In this document: one piece after another, positions 59,860 to 64,000 of the stretch
Layout: every line of letters starts with the position of its first letter
Numbering within the stretch: position 1 is the stretch's first letter
NCBI GenBank assembly: GCA_963781585.1
Contig: CAWAGQ010000002.1
Span: forward strand, 64,001-128,000
Length of the DNA stretch: 64,000 bases
Source of the DNA: an uncultured Gemmatimonadaceae bacterium
GTDB lineage: Bacteria > Gemmatimonadota > Gemmatimonadetes > Gemmatimonadales > Gemmatimonadaceae
Direction of reading: 5' to 3'
Position numbers and translations under genes: made by a program
The notes under the pieces: generated by a model
Told to the model about the DNA's origin: nothing
Database searches by the model: none
What the model saw: the letters and a program-made list of their open reading frames with translations, nothing else

Positions 59860-60279
59860 CTATCGACGCACGCGTCCCAGTCTGGAAACGGTGATGGTGT
59901 CGGCGGCCCCGCCTTTGGCCACGATCAGCCGAGTGTTCGCCGCTCCGAATCCCATGCCATTGGGCGCGTATGCGATGGAGTCGCGCGTTGCGACAAGGCG
60001 CACGCCGTGGGCGGCGCCCAGTGCCCGGCGCAAAATGGTGTCCGGTCCGGCAAAGACGGTCATGGTGGCCGTTGCCGAGTCGGCGGTGACAGCGGTGGTG
60101 ACGCCGCGCCGGATGGCGGCATGTCGGGCCGTTGCGAGCAGTGCCACGACCGATGCCGCAGCGGCGTCAGCGGCAACGCGGTCCCGCATGGCGGTGAACC
60201 GCGGCACGGCGATGAGTGTCATGAGCCCGATCACCGAGAGTGCCACGCCGAGCTCTATCAATGTTGTACCGCGGCGCAT
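59860..60279 (-). CDS. GspH/FimT-family pseudopilin
   Basis: MRRG|TTLIEL prepilin site, hydrophobic helix, ARHAAI, C-terminal TVSRLGRVR. Confidence 0.85.
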   Translation of the reverse strand: MRRGTTLIELGVALSVIGLMTLIAVPRFTAMRDRVAADAAAASVVALLATARHAAIRRGVTTAVTADSATATMTVFAGPDTILRRALGAAHGVRLVATRDSIAYAPNGMGFGAANTRLIVAKGGAADTITVSRLGRVRR

Positions 60280-60477
60280 GATGATCTTCCTCCGAGCGTG
60301 CGGGCCAACATGGCACAGCGGGCCCCCGCGAGCGCCATCATCCGAGCGCACCCGGTACCTTCTGTACGCGTTGCGGTGCTCGACGTGTGGGGGGGCGGGC
60401 TCCCGCCGAGCACGCCTGACCTGTATCCTCTGAACAGGCCATAGGTCATAGGCCTACGCCCCTACCACACCTCCATC

Positions 60478-60714
60478 ATGCGCATTCGTCCGGCGGTTCC
60501 GCTCCTCATACTCGTGGTGTGGTCGTGCCTGCCCTCGAAACAGGACGTGGACTCGGCGCAGGCGATCATCGAAATCGGTGACGCACTGAACGACATACGC
60601 CAGACTCAGTCAGACCTCCAGGAGCAGATCGATTCGCTGCGTGTCGAGGTCGCAAAACGCGATTCTGTTGTCCGGCAGTTGGCGAATCTGGCGGGTGTGG
60701 TAATTCCACCCTGA
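60478..60714 (+). CDS. Small coiled-coil lipoprotein
   Basis: Hydrophobic signal with VWSC lipobox-like site; heptad-rich tail. Confidence 0.65.
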   Translation: MRIRPAVPLLILVVWSCLPSKQDVDSAQAIIEIGDALNDIRQTQSDLQEQIDSLRVEVAKRDSVVRQLANLAGVVIPP

Positions 60715-60759
60715 GAAATAGGTTCTTCTCGACAGGTGTTCACCTTCGTCAACGTGGCC

Positions 60760-60996
60760 ATGCACATCACCATCCGCTATTGCGTCGTCTGACACTACGA
60801 ACCACGGGCCGTCAGTTTGGCGGCCGAGATTCGCGAACGGTACCCCGAAGCCAGGATCGATCTGTTCGAGGGAAGTGGCGGCGTCTTCGAGGTGACGCGC
60901 GACGGCGTGCTGATCTTCTCGAAGCGGCAGCTGCATCGTCACGCAGCCCCCGGCGAGGTGATGGCGCTCCTGGCCTCCGGCGGCTCGGCGCATTGA
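60760..60996 (+). CDS. SelT/SelW/SelH (Rdx) family selenoprotein, CxxU, 78 aa
   Basis: MHITIRYCVV-TGA-HYEPRAVSLAAEI..GSGGVFEVTRDGVLIFSK; TGA at 60790-60792 occupies the second redox position; hairpin follows. Confidence 0.88.
60807..60825 (+). promoter_or_regulatory. Putative bacterial SECIS element
   Basis: GGCCGTCA-GTT-TGGCGGCC stem-loop starting 14 nt after the UGA, with G first in the apical loop. Confidence 0.72.
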
Positions 60997-61075
60997 CGCG
61001 ACCCTCCGCCGGATTCAGAGCGCCGCGCCTGCGCGGGGGACGTCCGCGCCGCCTGCTCCGCAGGAACTGAGTTCG

Positions 61076-62155
61076 ATGCGAATCGCCATCTCGACCGGCG
61101 GCGGCGACGCGCCAGGACTCAACGCGGTGATTCGCGCGGCGGCTCTCTCAGCGATCAGCCGCGGTTGGGAGGTCCTCGGGATCTGTCGAGGCTACTACGG
61201 CCTGCTGGGTGAGGACGAGATCATACCGCTGACGCGCGAACGGGTACGTGGTATCGCGCACCTCGGCGGCACCATTCTCCGCACGACCAATCGTGGCAAC
61301 CCCTTCCTGTTTCCGGTGCGACAGGCCGATGGCACGCATCGATCGGTCGACCGCTCCGATGACATCCTCAGCAACGCACGCGGGCTCGGTGTCGAGGCGC
61401 TGATCTCGATCGGTGGGGACGGATCGCTGGCGATTGCCCAGCGGCTGTTCGAAAAGGGGATGCACGTGGTTGGTGTGCCCAAGACGATCGACAACGATGT
61501 GAGCGGGACGATCACGACATTCGGATTCGACACTGCGGTCAACACCGCCATCGAAGCAATCGACAGGCTGCACACTACCGCCGAGAGTCACGACCGCGTG
61601 ATCGTGATGGAAGTCATGGGCCGGCATGCGGGATTCATCGCGCTGCACGCGGGTGTGGCGGGAACTGCGGATGTGATCCTCATTCCCGAGATTCCCTACC
61701 AGATAGAGCGTGTCTGCGACAAGATCTGGTCCCGGGATCGCAGCGGACGGCACTTTTCGATCGTGGTCGTCGCAGAGGGCGCATTCCCCGTGGGAGGACA
61801 GGCGGCCTTTGTGGGCGATGAGGTGCCGGGCGAAGAGCGTCGCGTTGGAGGGATCGCGGGCCGGATTGCGTGGCAGATTCAGGAACGAACCGGGAAGGAG
61901 GCGCGTTCGCTGGTCCTGGGCCACCTGCAGCGCGGTGGACCGCCAACTGGTTACGATCGGTTGCTGGCCACCCGATTTGGTGGAGCCGCGGTGGAGGCGG
62001 TTGAGCGGGAACAGTGGGGGTTCATGGTGGCACTGCAGTCGCCCCACATCGTCGCCATTCCCATCGCGGAGGCGATCCGCGAGCCCAAGCGCGTGGATCC
62101 GCAGCACGACGTGGTGCGGACGGCGCGGGCCACAGGCATCTCGTTTGGTGACTGA
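61076..62155 (+). CDS. pfkA: 6-phosphofructokinase (PfkA family, group III-like)
   Basis: TGGGDAPGLN, GGDGS, PKTIDND, MGR and LGHLQRGG motifs. Confidence 0.95.
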   Translation: MRIAISTGGGDAPGLNAVIRAAALSAISRGWEVLGICRGYYGLLGEDEIIPLTRERVRGIAHLGGTILRTTNRGNPFLFPVRQADGTHRSVDRSDDILSNARGLGVEALISIGGDGSLAIAQRLFEKGMHVVGVPKTIDNDVSGTITTFGFDTAVNTAIEAIDRLHTTAESHDRVIVMEVMGRHAGFIALHAGVAGTADVILIPEIPYQIERVCDKIWSRDRSGRHFSIVVVAEGAFPVGGQAAFVGDEVPGEERRVGGIAGRIAWQIQERTGKEARSLVLGHLQRGGPPTGYDRLLATRFGGAAVEAVEREQWGFMVALQSPHIVAIPIAEAIREPKRVDPQHDVVRTARATGISFGD

Positions 62156-62444
62156 GGGATGGTCGCGGCGATGCTGCCGGGTCCTCGGGCTGCGGCCTCA
62201 CGGGACCCCCGGCGCGGGTGCCGGTGTACAGCCGAACGAGCCCGAGGACGGGTGTCCTGCTTGACCGATCGCACTGTCCCCCTGTGCGGACGTCCTCGGG
62301 CTCAACTTTTTGCCCGTGCCTATCCCGAAGTGACTGCCGCCACTATGTTTACAGCGCGACAGCTGGGGATGAGCGATGGGCACCGATCGTGCGGAGGCAG
62401 TTAACTCCGGTATGTGTCAGTCGATTGGTCGCTGGAGCAAGCCG

Positions 62445-62832
62445 ATGCCGCACCGAATCCTCAAGGTCGTAAGCAGTGCCGGAGCTCTCTGGTTGGCGGT
62501 CCCGGTCGCGGGCGCACAGAAGCCCGTGCCCAAGCCGCTGGTGCCGACGCCACCGCCGTCCCAGGTGGAGGTTCCCCGCGACTTCCGGCCGCCTCAGGGC
62601 ATGTGCCGGGTCTGGATCGACAAGGTCCCCGCCGGTCAGCAAGCCTGCGCCCACCGACTGCGCCAGCGCGATTCGTAACCGGCCGCCTAACGCGCGGGTG
62701 ATATTCAGCGAGGATTCGCAGCGGCGCATCAGGTCGAAGGGGCGGGACAGCGTGGAGGACGGCAAGGCCGCCCCCCGCAAACCCGCAAGCCGCAAGCCGG
62801 TCAAGAAGCCTCCCGAGCCGCCGGGATCCTGA
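62445..62832 (+). CDS. Small secreted hypothetical protein (apparent frameshift ~62642)
   Basis: Signal peptide; PPQGMCRVWIDKVPAGQQ continues as PAPTDCASAIRNRPPNARVIF in the next frame. Confidence 0.55.
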
Positions 62833-62943
62833 ACGACCGCGCCCCATACCCGGGCGCCGAGAACGCGCCGGCGCGAGCACCCAGACTCGCGCCGGCGCGT
62901 TCGACTGCGCACCTTCCGGTTGTGCTGCGCGACGTTCACGACC

Positions 62944-64000
62944 ATGCTCTTCCGCCCGATCACGGAGCCTTCGTCGCCGGCGGACCGCCCAGCGGCCGCA
63001 TCATCGTCATTGCACCCACGCGCGCCGCCTGCGAAACGATCGAGCTCGCGCTGGCTCTGCATCTCGACACCGTGCTCGAGCGAGAGCATGGAGCCGAGAT
63101 CCGTGCCCTGGCACGGGAACGCCGGGCGTTTGGAATCGTTGCCGGCACGGGGACGGGCAAGACCCTTGCCATCCGGCTCATCGCCGAGGAACTCCTGGCC
63201 ACCACCACGCTGCGCGTCGGGGTGGTGAATCGCGAGCGGGAGGCAACGCCGGAGACGCCGACCTGGAACGTCATCATCGTGACCACCGGGATTGCGCGGC
63301 GCTGGTTCGAGGATGGAGACATCCTCCCGGCCGACACCCTGGTGGTCGACGAGATCCACCAGACGTCCGCCGAGCTGGAACTGTGTCTCGCCCTTGGCCG
63401 TCGCGTGGGATGTCGGTTCATCTGGCTCTCGGCCACGGTCGACCCGCGGTTCTACGCGCGATACCTGAATTCGGCAGCAGTGATCGACAGTCGTGCGTTC
63501 GACCCCGCAAGAGCTGCCACCGTGAAGGTGGTGCGCGACGACCCCGCCACCTTTCTCAGCGATCGGTTCCTGCAGCACGTCGTGCGGCGTCGCCGCGGTG
63601 TGGGCGTGTTCCTCCCAACACGGGCGTCGGTGGAGAGCGTCGCGGCCGACGTTGCGGCGCGCTTTCCCAGGATCACGGCCGCGTTCTACCACGGAGGCGA
63701 GCCGATTCGCGTCATCCGTCCGTTTCTCGAGGACGGCGTGGCGAAACCCTACCTCCTCGCCATGACTGCGGCGGGCCAGAGTTCCATCAACGTGAAGGGG
63801 CTGGATACCGTCGTCATCGATGATTCACGCTTCGCCAACGTCGTGGAGCACGGGCGCAACGTGCTGACGCGCCTGCATCTGGGCGCCAACGAAATCCTGC
63901 AGATGGCCGGGCGCGTTCATGGACGCGTCGAGAACGGGGAAGTCTTCATCCTCAGCGATCGCGACCTGCATTTCGACGCGCTGGAGCCGACCGAGCCGGA
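62944..64000 (+). CDS. DExH-box helicase (HrpA/B-like), 3' truncated by window; start uncertain (GTG 62922, or ATG 62944 with a frameshift)
   Basis: Open frame with AGTGTGKT, VVDEIHQ, LSAT, FLPTR, YHGG and QMAGRV; absent from the ORF track because it has no stop in the window. Confidence 0.85.

Overview
High-GC bacterial chromosomal window. The gene repertoire suggests Gemmatimonadota, but that is inference only. Several conserved genes are broken by single-base indels that look like sequencing or assembly errors. In order, the window holds: (1) a ~11.6 kb copper island: 3' end of copA, csoR, an uncharacterised Met/His-rich beta-barrel-like protein, fused copC-copD, a Cys-rich leader ORF ending in PEPPPPRA, cusCBA-type RND efflux and DUF411/CopG; (2) an OsmC protein and a rhodanese with a 27-bp operator-like palindrome; (3) a [2Fe-2S] ferredoxin, an HTH-PTS EIIA regulator and a six-gene hydrogenase-related (Ehr) complex whose large subunit lacks the Ni ligands; (4) HNH nuclease, amidohydrolase, a mycobacterial Sdh1-like succinate dehydrogenase and a fused 2-oxoacid dehydrogenase E1; (5) HIT, Ada-like, BlaI/BlaR1 with visible promoter and operators, NadE, PBP1A, an M8-like protease, an ABC permease and Lon; (6) two tandem kinase-2TM-helical Ser/Thr kinases, hydrolases, a baeRF-family protein plus Hsp20, an M16 pair, a DEAD-box helicase, a pseudopilin, a CxxU selenoprotein with SECIS that the ORF track missed, PfkA and a partial DExH helicase. 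The best novel candidate is the leader ORF at 4123-4527: its stop-codon region can base-pair with the Shine-Dalgarno of the downstream cusC, suggesting a ribosome-stalling, copper-sensing translational switch on an RND efflux operon. I recognised no rRNA, tRNA, CRISPR array or transposase.
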